A DNA stretch of 64,000 nucleotides from NCBI RefSeq assembly GCF_004010195.1, contig NC_057720.1, positions 7,801,117 to 7,865,116 of the forward strand. Reading direction: 5' to 3'. The position numbers and the translations under genes were made by a program. A model generated the notes under the pieces. The model did not search any database. It saw only the letters and a list, made by a program, of their open reading frames with translations, and had not been told where the DNA came from. This DNA comes from Chiloscyllium plagiosum. Taxonomy: Eukaryota. Every line of letters starts with the position of its first letter. The stretch's first letter is position 1. This document shows positions 38,005 through 50,149 of the stretch, piece after piece.

Positions 38005-39005
38005 AGAGGAATGCCACAAGGATTGGTGCTGGGTCCACTGCTTTTCATCATTTATATAAATGATTTGGATGTGAGCATAAGAGGTATAGTTAGTATGTTT
38101 GCAGATGAACACCGAAATTGGAGTTGTAGTGGACAGCAAAGAAGATTCCCTCAGATTACAACGGGATCTTGGCCAGATGGGCCAAAGGGCTGATAAGTGG
38201 CAGATGGAGTTTAATTTAGATAAATGCAAGGTGCTGCATTTTGGGAAAGCAAGTCTTAGCAGAATTTCCACTTAATGGTAAGGTCCTAGTGAATGTTGCT
38301 GAACAAAGAGACTTTGGAGTGCAGGTTCATAGCTCCTTGAAAGTGGATTCACAGATAGATAGGATAGTGAAGAAGGTGTATGGTATGCTTTCTTTTATTG
38401 GTCAGAGTATTGAGTAAAGGAGGTGGGAGGCCATTTTGTGGCTGTACAGGACTTTGGTTAGGCCACTGTTGGAATATTGCGTGCAATTCTGGTCTCCTTC
38501 CTATTGTAAAAATGTTGTGAAACTTGAAAGGGTTCAGAAAAGATTTACAAGGATGTTGCTGGGGTTGGCGGATTTGAGCTGCAGGGAAAAGCTGAATAGG
38601 CTAGGACTCCTTTCCCTGGAGCATTGGAAGCTGAGGGGTTTATAAAATGTTTATAAAATCATGAGGGGCACGGATAGCATAAATAGACAAAGTCTTCTCC
38701 CTGGGGTGGTGGAGTCCAGAACAAAAGGGCTTAGGTTTAGGATGAGAGGGAAATATATAAAAAGGACCTAAGGGCAACTTTTTCATGCAGAGGGTGGTAC
38801 GTGTATGGAATGAGCTGCCAGAGGAAGTGGTGGAGGCTGGTACAATTACAAAATTTAAAAGGCATCTGGACGGTTATATGAATAGGAAGGGTTTGGAGGG
38901 ATATGGGACAGGTGCTGGCAGTTGGGACGAGATTGGGTTGGGATATCTGGTTGGACTGAAGGGTCTGTTTCCATGCATCACATCTCTATGACTCTATGAC
39001 TCCAT
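38005..39005 (+). mobile_element. CR1 ORF2 3' ~1 kb (RT motifs), inside a PLE family C hairpin
   Basis: GMPQGLVLGPLLFIIYINDLD..MFADE; family C sequence at 37865-38004 and 39006-39060. Confidence 0.92.
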
Positions 39006-39319
39006 GACCTGCACTGTTTTCAAAGTGATTTCTGCTTTTGTTTCTGGTTTCCAGCATCCACATGTCCAGCAATCACTGTGTGTAATTAGGCATAAATGAT
39101 GGAAAGTGAACCTTGTGTGAAGAGTTTGTGGCACCATCTGAAACCCAAATCAGTTCATGATCAGCATTCACAGAAAGAGAAAATAATAAACATGCTTTCC
39201 TAAAACAAATGCCAAGCCTTCAAGACATCCTAAAATGATTTACAGCCTATTAATTCCTATCAAGTATAGCCGTTGTCAGAACAGGAACACACAGCAATCC
39301 TGCATGTGCATAGGAAAGG

Positions 39320-39725
39320 TCAGGTCAGAGGTCACATGACACCAGGTTACAGTCCAATAGGTTTATTTAAAATCACAAGCTTTCAAAGCGCTGCTCCTTT
39401 GTCAAACGATGAAAGCTTGTAACCCTCCATTGCTCATCACTAACCTGCCTAGCCTCGACATTCATGAACACTTTGGGCAATGTGATATGGCCAATTCACC
39501 CTAATTAACACATCCTTGGATGTTGGGAGCAAACCCACACAGACACGGGGAGAATGTGCAAACTCCACACAGATAGCCGCCTGAGGCTGAAATCAAATCT
39601 GAGTCCCTGGCGTTGTGGGCAGCAGTGTTAACCACTGGGCCACTGTGGTCCCAGGCTAATCTGGAGTCATGTGACATCTGACCCAGTCCACCCTAGTCCA
39701 ACACCTGCACCTCCACCTCCACATC
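39320..39725. mobile_element. PLE-like family B inverted pair interrupted by an HE1 SINE (39420-39652)
   Basis: Minus arm 39320-39400; GAAAGCTTGT at ~39411; tail resumes near 39655. Confidence 0.55.
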
Positions 39726-39809
39726 GTAGGAAAAGTAAAGTCACCATTTTCCCCGATGTCTAAAGGAGTGCTCTCTCTAACTATAAAGAGACAACTGGTG
39801 GTGATTTAA

Positions 39810-39936
39810 GGCAGAAGTGGTGACTGCAGATGTTGGACATTAGAGTCAAGATTAGAATGGTGCTGGAAAAGCACAGCAGGTCAGGCAGCATCCGAGGAGC
39901 AGGAAAATCAACATTTCGGGCAAAAGCCCTTCATCA
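39810..39936 (-). mobile_element. PLE family A tail starting exactly at the hammerhead core
   Basis: 10-bp TSD GGTGATTTAA at 39800-39809 and 39937-39946, inside a family C SINE. Confidence 0.88.
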
Positions 39937-40781
39937 GGTGATTTAACCTGAGGGCTGTATGCATCAGACAAAGGGAGAGGTTGAGAAGGAGAGTTCTTCA
40001 TTGTCACCTCAGCTGGTGTGGGAAGGGTGCACAGGGAATGAGTTAGCATTTCCACAATCTGCTTTAGTAGTTGAGGGTTGATTGTGCTGGAAAGATGTCC
40101 AGAACTGGCCTTTCCGATTTCTTTCTGTTGGTTCATTTACAGGATGTGGGCTCCGCTGGCTATGTAGCATTTATCGTCCATCCCTAACTTTCCAGAGGGT
40201 CGTCAAGAGTCAGCCACATTGCTGTGGGTCTGGAGTCACAAGTAGACAAGTAAGGATGGGAGCTTCCTTCTCTAAAGGCATGACTGAACCAGTTGGGTTT
40301 TTCCTGACAATCATTTCAAGGTCATCATGAGACTCTTAAATCCAGTATTTTTAAAATTGAGTTCAAATTGAACCACACACCGGGATGGGAATCAAACCCA
40401 TTGGACCCAAAACGTTAACTCTGCTTTCTCTCCACAGATGCTGCCAGACCTGCTGAGCTTTTCCATCAATTTCTGTTTGTATCCCCAGACATTACCTGGG
40501 TATCTGGATTAACAGTTCAGTGATAATACAATAGACCATTACCTCCCATAAATGCCAAGCATGTGCCTTTTTATATCCACTGGTCTGGAAGATGGGGGCC
40601 TTGAGGTCTTGTACGAGAAATTGCATCTCTAAGAGTACTATGCTACCTCTCTACTGCATTGAAATGTTAGTCTAGATTATGAGCTTGGTCTGTAGAATGG
40701 AGTTTTTATTCATATTTTTGATTTACTCATGGGATGTGGGGGTAGGTGGCCAGGGCAGCATTTGTTTCCTGTCCCTAACAA

Positions 40782-41001
40782 CAGGTCATTCTGCTACGAC
40801 ATGCATTTTGTTCATGAGAATTTGCTGTAATGCGATTGATGAATTAGGGACGCTGCTTCTAAACAGTGAACTTTTAAAACGTGTGTTCGTTGTAAAGCAA
40901 TTACATCGCCAACACTTCAAGCGCTGTTTCTAAAGCGTGGTTTTTCTATACTGGGGGGGTTGCAAAAGAACTCAACCATCGTGTTATAGAAGCACTGCCT
41001 G
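40782..41001. mobile_element. Possible Tigger/pogo-like MITE
   Basis: Imperfect ends CAGGTCATTCTGCTA and TAGAAGCACTGCCTG; TA at right; interrupts a SINE B tail. Confidence 0.45.
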
Positions 41002-41465
41002 TACTCTTGAACTGAATGGCTCTCTCAGCCTTTAAAGAGGGCAGTTAAGAGTTGACCATTTTACTGCAGGTCTGGAGCCATACATAGTCCAGGTACTCAA
41101 CCCCAGAAGGACATTGGTGAACCAGATATGTTTTTACAACAATTAATGTTGGTTTCATAGACTCTATTAAAAGACTAGATTTATAATCCAAATTAATGAT
41201 TGGAATTTAAATATCAAAAGTGATGGTGTTGGGGTTTCAATCCTGAGAGCATTATTCTGGGTATCTGCTCATAATCCCTGCTATGGCTTCAATAACAAAT
41301 AGCTGACTCGGCACAGGTGTGGCCATGTTGACACCTCACTCACGCTCAAACAGCACATGAGACTTCAACTGGCCAGTATACTTTAACAATCTCATCATTC
41401 CTCTTTGTGTTATTTGGCCTGAGCACAAATCTAGAAGTGCAATCACATTGAGATTTAATCACATG

Positions 41466-41700
41466 TGCAGTGATTGGAATGAGCTCAGCCAGGCAGACCT
41501 CATAGAATGTGAGTTCCCTGATTGAGGCTGTTAATGTGGTCCAGTCAGGGAGCCCTGGCTGACAGATAAGAGCAGAAGTGTCAGGGTTTTGCTCACTCTG
41601 GGAGCTGGCTCTGTGCGAGCTGGGTCAGTGTCATGTACTATGCACTTGTAAATAAAGGTTGACTTGGTGACGGGATATTGGCCTTTGTGGAGTTATTTCA
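41466..41700 (+). mobile_element. Short solo LTR-like repeat
   Basis: TG...CA termini, AATAAA near 3' end, three further copies in window. Confidence 0.65.
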
Positions 41701-41866
41701 GAGTAACCAAAGCGGGTGGAAACCAAATTGAAGAAAACACTTCTGAGCAAACAAGCGGCTAGATTTTGCAGGTAAACAAGATGATGAGCAAGGAAGAGGG
41801 ATAAGAGTAGGTCTTCTGCCCTTTGAGTCATTCTATAAGATCGTGACTGATCTGATTTTAAACTCA

Positions 41867-41965
41867 GGGTTGAAAAGTGTGGTGCTGGAAAAACACAGCA
41901 GGCCAGGTAGCATCTGAGGAGCAGGAGAATCGACGTTTCGGGCATAAGCCCTTCTTCAGGAATTC
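41867..41965 (-). mobile_element. PLE family A tail
   Basis: 15-bp TSD CTGATTTTAAACTCA at 41852-41866 and 41966-41980; core variant CTGAAGA. Confidence 0.88.
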
Positions 41966-42487
41966 CTGATTTTAAACTCAACCCTACATTCCTGTACGTC
42001 CCAAATAATCTTTCATCCTGTATTGTGTCTTGTCACCCAGGAAGCACAGGGGAACCAGTCTACCATTGGGCCCATTAAGTTTCATAAGTTCTAATTAATG
42101 CCCTCTTAAGACTCTCATCTCACCCTTGCTGGTATTTTACCTGAAGCAGGGAGAAGTCTACGATAAGCTTTAGCTGTGTGCCCCAGAGTCAGACAAGGAG
42201 AGGAAACTTCTTAAGGGACTTTGTAAAGTCCAACACAGATGCCAAACCTGAGATCATGCTGACCTTTAACTCCCACCTCCACACAATATTCCAGGTGTGG
42301 CAGAGGCGGGACTTCAGAGCAGTCAATTGAGCCACGACTTCCTCTCAAGTAAGGGGCACAATCCTTCTGTTGGACAACCTTTGGGATCATGGTTGGGTTC
42401 CCTCCCAACTCTTTTCCTGGTGGGCGGGGTTGGGTTGAGGGTATGGCAGGGTCCATGATTTTCTGGAAAGTCTCCACAGCTAAAGGC

Positions 42488-42582
42488 CTCCTGATGAAGG
42501 AGTGGCGCTCCGAAAAGTAGTGTGCTTCCAATTAAACCTGTTGGACTATAATCTGGTGTTGTGTGATTTTTAACTTTGTTTA
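42488..42582 (+). mobile_element. PLE-like tail family B with hammerhead motif
   Basis: CTGATGA-A-GGAGT-GGC-GCTCC-GAAA. Confidence 0.7.
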
Positions 42583-42659
42583 CGAACAGTACATAAAGAT
42601 CAACAAGACTGAGAGGCATATAGGTTACCATTGCATGGGGCTTGTGCTGGGCGAGATCA

Positions 42660-44040
42660 ACGTTAACAAGATCAGCATAATTTTAGACTAGAGAGTCCAT
42701 TCATCAGTCTAATAATGGCAGGGAAGAAACTGTTCGTGAACCTGTTAGTGCGTGTGTTCAGGCTTCTGCATCTTCTGCCTGATGTAAATCTGCGGGCGGG
42801 GGTGGGTGGGTGGGTGTGGATTGATCCAATCAAGAATGTGCAAGAAGTCAGAACTGGAGTTCCAAGATCTTGAAGAATAAATACAAGAAAGAAATAGAGG
42901 GCTTCATGACATGTTGCAATGAGAACAACTCCTTTCCCAATGTCAGAAAAACAAAAGAAATGACCACTGACTTCAGAAAGAAAGGAGGACAATACGCCTC
43001 TATCAACACCAATGGATTGGGAGTTGAGAGAGTTGTGAGCGTCAAGTTCCTGGGAGTGACACTAACTGACAATCTGTCCTGGGCTTCTCATGTAGATGAA
43101 ATGGTCAAGAAGGTACAACAACACTTGTTCTTCCTCAGGTAGCTTAGAAACTTTGGTGAGTCCATCAGGACCCTCACTAACTTTTATAGATGTGCCATTG
43201 AAAGCATCCTGTCCCGGTGCATTATGGCCTGGTAAGGCAACTGCTGTGCCCAGGACCGTGAGAAACTACAGAATATTGTGTGCACTGCCCAGACCATCAC
43301 AGAAACCAGCCTCCCATCCACGGACTCCACTTACACTTCTCATTGCTGCAGAAAGACTGCCAACATCATCATAGATCCTTCCTATCCCATTAATGACCTC
43401 CAACAACCCCTTCCATCAGGCAGGAGAGACAGAAGCTTGAACACATGCACCAACAGGTTCAAGAACAGCTTCTTCCCTGCCAATATTGGACTGATGAGTG
43501 GACTCTCTAACTTCAAATGATATTAATCTTGTTAATGTTGATCTTGCCTCATGTATGGCCTGTATGGTGTAACCTGTATGCCTCACATTGTTTAAGTTTT
43601 CTTCACACTGTGATCTGTATGTCCTTGCTTACTATGATCTGCCTGTACTGCTCGCAAACAAAGATTAGATTAGATTACTTACAGTGTGGAAACAGGCCCG
43701 TCGACCCAACAAGTCCACACCGACCCGCCGAAGCGCAACCCACCCATACCCCTACATTTACCCCTTACCTAACACTACGGGCAATTTAGCATGGCCAATT
43801 CACCTGACCTGCACATCTTTGGACTGTGGGAGGAAACCGGAGCACCCGGAGGAAATCCACGCAGACACGGGGAGAATGTGCAAACTCCACACAGACAGTC
43901 GCCTGAGGCGAGAATTGGCCACTGTGCCACCGTGCTGCCCACTGTGCCACCGTGCTGCCCACTGTGCCACCGTGCCGCCTACAAAGCTTTTCATTGTACT
44001 TAGGTACACGTGACAATAAATTAAAACAATCAAACAATCG
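42660..44040 (+). mobile_element. Rex1/Babar-like LINE 3' fragment (42870-44040) with inverted tail copy (42660-42790) and SINE insertion
   Basis: NVRKTKEMTTDFRKK..VSVKFLGVTLTDNLSWASHVDEMVKKVQQHLFFLR; 42672-42785 is antisense to 43410-43520. Confidence 0.82.
43664..43980 (-). mobile_element. HE1-like SINE with triplicated 20-bp 5' end
   Basis: TSD ACAAAG at 43658-43663 and 43981-43986; (CCACTGTGCCACCGTGCTGC)x3. Confidence 0.9.
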
Positions 44041-44154
44041 GTATAAGCAACACTATTAGAAAAATCCTTTCCCTTTTCTCATGCTCCACAGAAGCTAATT
44101 GGTTGAACAAAGACATCCTCTGTATAGTAAAGTTAAGAATAGTCTAACTAGCAG

Positions 44155-44495
44155 AAGGTGATGGCTCAGTTGTATTATTGCTGAGACTATTAATCCAGAG
44201 ACCCAAGTAACGTTCTGGAGACCCGGCATCGCATTGCAGATGGTGAAATTTCAGTTGCATAAAATTTTCAAATGAAGAACTGAATGATGATTTTGAAACC
44301 AGTGACAATTGTCAGGAAATACCCATCTGGTTCATGAATGACCTTTAGGGAAGGAAGCTTACCTGATCTCACCTATGTGTGACTCCTGACTTACAGATAT
44401 GTGGTTGACTCTCAACTGGACTCTGGGCAATTAGGGATGGGCAATAAATGCTGGCCTAGCCAGTGATGCCTACATTCCCTGAATGAATAAGAAGA
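44155..44495 (+). mobile_element. SINE family B
   Basis: Head, core and GGGCAATAAATGCTGG tail. Confidence 0.75.
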
Positions 44496-45079
44496 AAACC
44501 CTTTTTTGACATTAACTGTGAATTATTAGAATTGTCGGCAATCTCGTAGACAATACTGGTATTTGCAAGTTGTTGGGGGGGGGGATGTAGGCACTGTCTT
44601 TGGCAGGAAGAATGTCATGCTGAGCCCTTCATATTAACATCAGATATTGGAATTGCAAACTGTGACCCTGCCCAGATTTACAGGAAACCCTGAAATAGCA
44701 GGTGCCTTTGTATCTGCTTTCATTAAAATTGTTTCTCAATGCCACGGCTCAGGAATGAAGGTTGAAATGGGATGAAGACTGGCTCAAGCTGTGACACCAC
44801 AATCTTTTCAAGATATTTACATGAATGCAAGAAAAAAATGATAGCACTGTTTGCATAACTTAAAAAGGAAACGTTAATTAGCAGTCACATTTTTCTTAAT
44901 AACCATGCTGACTATTGCCTGTCAACTCAGGTCCAATCACTGTGTGTGTGTGAATCAGAGAATCATACAGTACACAAGAGGCCCTTCAGCCCATTGAGTC
45001 TGTGCTGATAAGAACTACTATAAACATATTCTAATCTCTTTCCAGCATTTGACCCACAGCTTTGAATGTAATGATATTT

Positions 45080-45595
45080 CTGCTCTCCCTTTTACAAGAA
45101 GCATGTTGTGAGACTTGAAAGGATGCAGAGAAGATTTCCAAAGACATTGCTAGGGCTGGGTGTTTGAGCTACAGAGAGAGGCTGATTGGGCTGGGGCTAT
45201 TTTCCCTCGAACATCAGAGACTGAGGAGGGGTGACCTTATAGAAGTTTATAAAATCATGAGGGGCCTGGATAGGATGAGTAGCCAAAGTCTTTTTCCCAG
45301 GGTAGGGGAATCCAAAACTAAAGGGCATAGGTTTAGGGTAAGAGAGGAAAGATATAAAAGGGTCCTAAGGGGCAACTTTTTCACACAGAGGGTGGTACGT
45401 GTATGGTATGAGCTGCCGGAGGAAGTGGTACAAGCTGGTACAATTATAACATTTAAAAGGGTGTCTGAATGGGTATATGAATAGGAAGGGTTTATAGGGA
45501 TATTTCCAAATGCTGACAAATGGATCTTGATTAATTTAGGATATCTGGTCAGCATGGATGAAGAGTCTATTTCTGTGCTGTACGTATCTCTGACT
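45080..45595 (+). mobile_element. CR1 3' fragment
   Basis: [31 protein letters not shown]. Confidence 0.9.
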
Positions 45596-46524
45596 TATCC
45601 ACGCACTTTTCGAAGGTTGTGAGGCTTCCCAACCCCAACCTTCCTCCCAGGCAGTGCATTCCAGACTCACAACCACCCACTGGGAGAAAACATTTTTCCT
45701 CAAATTCCCTCAAAACCACCTGTTCTTCAACTTAAAATTATGCTGTTTTGTCATGAAGATGCAAATGAAAAGTGAAAAGAGAAAGAAAAGGACTTGCATT
45801 GATATAGCACCTTGTATGATCTTCAGAATATCCCAATTTTTTTTTCATAAATGGTGTAATTTTCAAGTGTTGTTGCTATAATGCAGGATGCTAGGCTGGG
45901 GTACATTAAGGTTTCATAAAGACATACATTCATTAAAAGACACCAGGAGGTCATTTGGCCCATCTACCCTGTGCCAACTCACTGTGGAATAATCTAGTCA
46001 AACCCACAGCACAGCACAACTCAATCCCAATTGTAATTTGTTTCCGTCCAGTTTCCAACTCGATTTCTTGATTAATAATTGATTAAAACAATTGATTCTT
46101 TCCATTTTCATCACCTTCATGTGCAATGAGTTCCAAGGTCACTACTACTGTCTGAGTAAAAAAGATCTTTCTCATATTCTCCTTGAATTTCTTGCTCAAA
46201 ATCATAAATCTGTATCCCCTAATAGTGCACCAACAGCAAATGGGCACTCTATTTTCCATATCTAGTCCTGACATAATTTGTACATCTCTTTCAAATCTCT
46301 TACACTCTACAAAAAACACCATCAATGTCTTCAATCTAACCCTTCAACTAAAATCTCTCATCCCTCGAACCTTTATAGTAAATTTCCTCTTCACCCTGTT
46401 AAGGACCCTCACAATGTTCCCAGTGAATGGTGACCAAAACTCAAGTTGTGCCGAAGCAGAACTTTACAAAGGTTGAACATAAATTACCTGCTTTAGAAGA
46501 TGTCCCTGTTTTGAAGCTAATATC

Positions 46525-46855
46525 ACAGAATCCCTACAGTGTGGAAACAGGCCATTCAGCCCATCGAGTCCACACCAATCCTCCGAACAGCATCCATCCC
46601 AGACCCACCCTATCCCCTTGCATTCCCCATGGCTAATTCACCTAGCCTGAACATCCCTGGACACTATAGGCAATTTAGCATGGCCAATCCACCTAACCTG
46701 CTCATCTCTGGATTGTAGGAGGAAACCCATGCAACCCCATGCAAATACAGGAAGAATGAGCAAAGTCCAAGCAGACTGTCACTCAAGGCTGGGATTGAAC
46801 CTGGGTCCCGGATATTGTGAGACATCTCTGGTAACCACTGAGTCACTGTGCCACT
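46525..46855 (-). mobile_element. HE1-like SINE
   Basis: Reverse complement of the consensus. Confidence 0.82.
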
Positions 46856-47792
46856 CTCTTAATATGAAAGCAAAATACTGTGAATTTTAGAAATCGGAAA
46901 CAAACGCAGAGAGAATGCTTGAGAAACTCAGCAGGTCGGTTAATATCTATGGAAAGAGCAACAATGTTAAAGCGTCGAGTCTGATATGACTCTTCTTGAG
47001 AACCATCCTGAAGATACAGGAGCAGAAGTTGGCCATTCAGCCCATCAAGTCTGCTCTGCCATTCAATGAGATCATGACTGATCTGATAATAGACAAATCC
47101 ACTTTCCTGTCTTTTCCCATAATTTTGACTTGTTTACTGATAAAAAATCCATTTCCACCTTGAATATACTTAATCCCCACTCTCAACAGGCCTCTGCAGT
47201 AAAGAATTCCACAGATTCACTACTCTCCAAGAGAAGAAATTCCTCCTCATCTCTGTTTTAAATGTGTGACCTCTTATTCTGAGAGTATGCCCTCTGGCCC
47301 TTCCTGCATCTGCCCTGTCAAGTTCCCTAAGAATCCTATATGTTTCAATAAGGCCACTGCTCTTTCTTCTAAACTCTAACAAGTGCACGTCCAACTTCTC
47401 CTCATAAGACAGTCTCTCGATTGTTCAAAAAGCATACAATTTGTAGACAATCAGTCAATGTGGCATTTTATAAACTCCTACTTTGGAAATAAAACAAATC
47501 TGACTCCAGGTTAAAACACAGACAGACTTCAAACAAAACCTTTTGCCGAAAATGCATTGTCTCACTGGAGGTGTCACCTCTTTATCTTGAATCCGACTTG
47601 AGTTATCTCGGGGCAGTGACTTGAAAGAAATTCTGGGATTCTCATTTGAACCAATCGAAACCTGCAGCTGCATTCTAACCCGATTAAAGATTTAAGAGCC
47701 ATCTTAGGTGTATTCAATTCGTTTACATGAGTTATATGACCCGTTGATCTTTTCCTTATAAATCCTATGTCTAAGGTTTTCCTGCCTCACTA

Positions 47793-48712
47793 GCACCTGA
47801 TGAAGGAGCACTGTCATAGAGTCATAGAGATGTACAGCATGGAAACAGATCTTTCGGTCCAATCCGTCCATGCCGACCAGATATCCCAACCCAATCTTGT
47901 CCCACCTGCCAGCGCCCGGCCCATATCCCTCCAAACCCTTTCTATTCATTTACCCATCCAAATGCCTCTTAAATGTTGCAATTGTACCATCCTCCACCAC
48001 ATCCTCTGGCAGGCCATTCCATACACGTGCCACTCTCTGCGTGAAAAAGTTGCCCCTTAGGTCTCTTTTATATCTTTCCCCTCTCACCCTAAACCTATGC
48101 CCTCAAGGGACTCCCCAACCCCACGGAAAAGACTTTGTCTATTTATCCTATCCATGCCCCTCATAATTTTGTAAACCTCTATAAGGCCACACCTCAGCCT
48201 CCGACGCTCCAGGGAAAACAGCCCCAGCCTGTTCAGCCTCTCCCTGTAGCTCAGATCCTCCAAACCTGGCAACATCCTTGTAAATCTTTTCTGAACCCTT
48301 TCAATTTTCACAACATCTTCCCGATAGGAAGGAGACCAGAATTGCATACAATATTCCAATAGTGGCCTAACCAATGTCCTGTACAGCTGCAACATGACCT
48401 CCCAATTCCTGTACTCAATACTCTGACCAATAAAGGAAAGCATACCAAACGCCTTCTTCACTATCCTATCTACCTGCGACTCCACTTTCATGGAGCTATG
48501 AACCTGCACTCCAAGGTCTCTTTGTTCAGCAACACACCCTAGGACCTTACTATTAAGTGTATAAATCCTGCTAAGATTTGCTTTCCCAAAACGCAGCTCC
48601 CCGCATTTATCTGAATTAAACTCCATCTGCCACTTCTCAGCCCATTGGCCCAGTGCTCCGAAAGATTGTGTTTTCAAATAAACCTGTTGGACTATAACCT
48701 GGTGTTGTGTGA
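47793..48712 (+). mobile_element. Family B hammerhead split by a CR1 insertion
   Basis: GCAC-CTGATGA-A-GGAGC at 47793-47809; CAGTGCTCC-GAAAGATT-GTG resumes at 48651. Confidence 0.8.
47814..48650 (-). mobile_element. Young CR1/HER1-type ORF2 3' fragment
   Basis: 197-aa ORF WAEKWQMEFNSDKC..LYRTLVRPLLEYCMQFWSP.. Confidence 0.93.
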
Positions 48713-48979
48713 CTGGGATCAGTCTAGTGAATCTTCTGTGACATTCTTTCTTTCTAACCTAACTCAGTACTGCAATCCTGGGGCCTACCAAGCCAGCAGA
48801 TAAGGACATCTAATTAACTCAATGTTTCTTGACCCAGTTTCATGCCGAGAATTCTTATTGCTTCACAGAAACTAATGCTCTGCCTCTCTAGTGAATAACA
48901 TGGAGAGAAGTCTCACAGACAATTGCAAGGTTTCTTGCAACAAAACAAAGCAATGATTTTCTGCTAAGTTCCTCCATAA

Positions 48980-49278
48980 GATTAGATTACTGAGAATGTG
49001 GAAACAGGCCCTTCGGCCCAACAAGTCCACACCCACTCGCCACCCACCCAGAACCATTCCCCCACATTTATCCCTTGACCTAACACTACGGGCAATTTTA
49101 GCATGGCCAATTCACCTAACCTGCACATTTTGGACTGTGGGAGGAAACCGGAGCAAACCCACACAGACACGGGGAGAATGTGCAAACTCCACACAGACAG
49201 TCGCCTGAGGCGGGAATTGAACCCGGGTCTCTGGCGTTGTGAGGCAGCAGTGCTAACCACTGTGCCACCGTGCTGCCC
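48980..49278 (-). mobile_element. HE1-like SINE
   Basis: Full head, core and tail. Confidence 0.9.
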
Positions 49279-49489
49279 ATAAGACCATTGGAAATCTGTC
49301 AATCTCCTCTTTAAATGTATTCAGTGTCCCTGCCTATAGCACAGTCTGGAATAGTGATTTCCACAGATTCATGATCCTTTGAGAGAAGTGAATCATCCTT
49401 GTCTCTATTTAAGTCTGCTGTCCCTTCAACCTAAAACTATGACCTGCCATCCTAGATTGCCCCACAAAGGGGAAACATCGACGTTTTCA

Positions 49490-49720
49490 ATAAAAACTGA
49501 AAGAACTGCAGATGATGGAAATCAGAAACAAAATGCCGAATTTACTGGAAAAAGCACAGCAGGTCTGGCAGCATCTGCAGAGAGAAATCAGAGTTAATGC
49601 TTCCGGTCCAATTTCAGATTCAGAGGAAGGATCACTGGACCTGAAAGGGTAACTCTGATTTCTCTCCACAGGTGCTACCAGACCTGCTGAGCTTTTCCAG
49701 CAATTTCTGTTATTGCATCT
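49490..49720. mobile_element. PLE family C head-to-head pair
   Basis: 49490-49610 is antisense to 49635-49715. Confidence 0.75.
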
Positions 49721-50149
49721 AATTTGTCAATACCCTCCAGAATCTTAGACGACTAGGAGCAGAAAGTGGCCATTCAGCCCATTGAGTCTGCTCCACCATT
49801 CAATGGGATCACAGCTTATCTGACCACCCTCAACTCTAATTTCCTATCTTTCCCATAAAGTAATATGCTCTGGTGCGCACCAAGATGGCCGCTGGTGAGC
49901 TGTCAATGTCAGTTCCACACCAGGCCCTGCTCTCCCCACCCCTCATAATGTGAACAGATTGGTTGAATCCAGACATACTAAAAGTTGTCGTGTTTTAAGC
50001 TCACTCTAATCAAATCCTTTCAGCTTTACTGGAACTGGCTCTCATTTCCCAGAAGAGAAACAAAAGAGAAAATAACTCTCTGACTCGTCTTGTGTACCTC
50101 AAAATGGCGCTGTAGTATGACCAGCCAAGTCATTATGAAGTAAGGTAAA

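Noticed and set aside
43919..43979. CRISPR-like repeat array
   Set aside because: No spacers, eukaryotic context, unit is the SINE 5' end
48084..48677. 197-aa ORF as a host gene
   Set aside because: CR1 ORF2 C-terminus in a 5'-truncated copy
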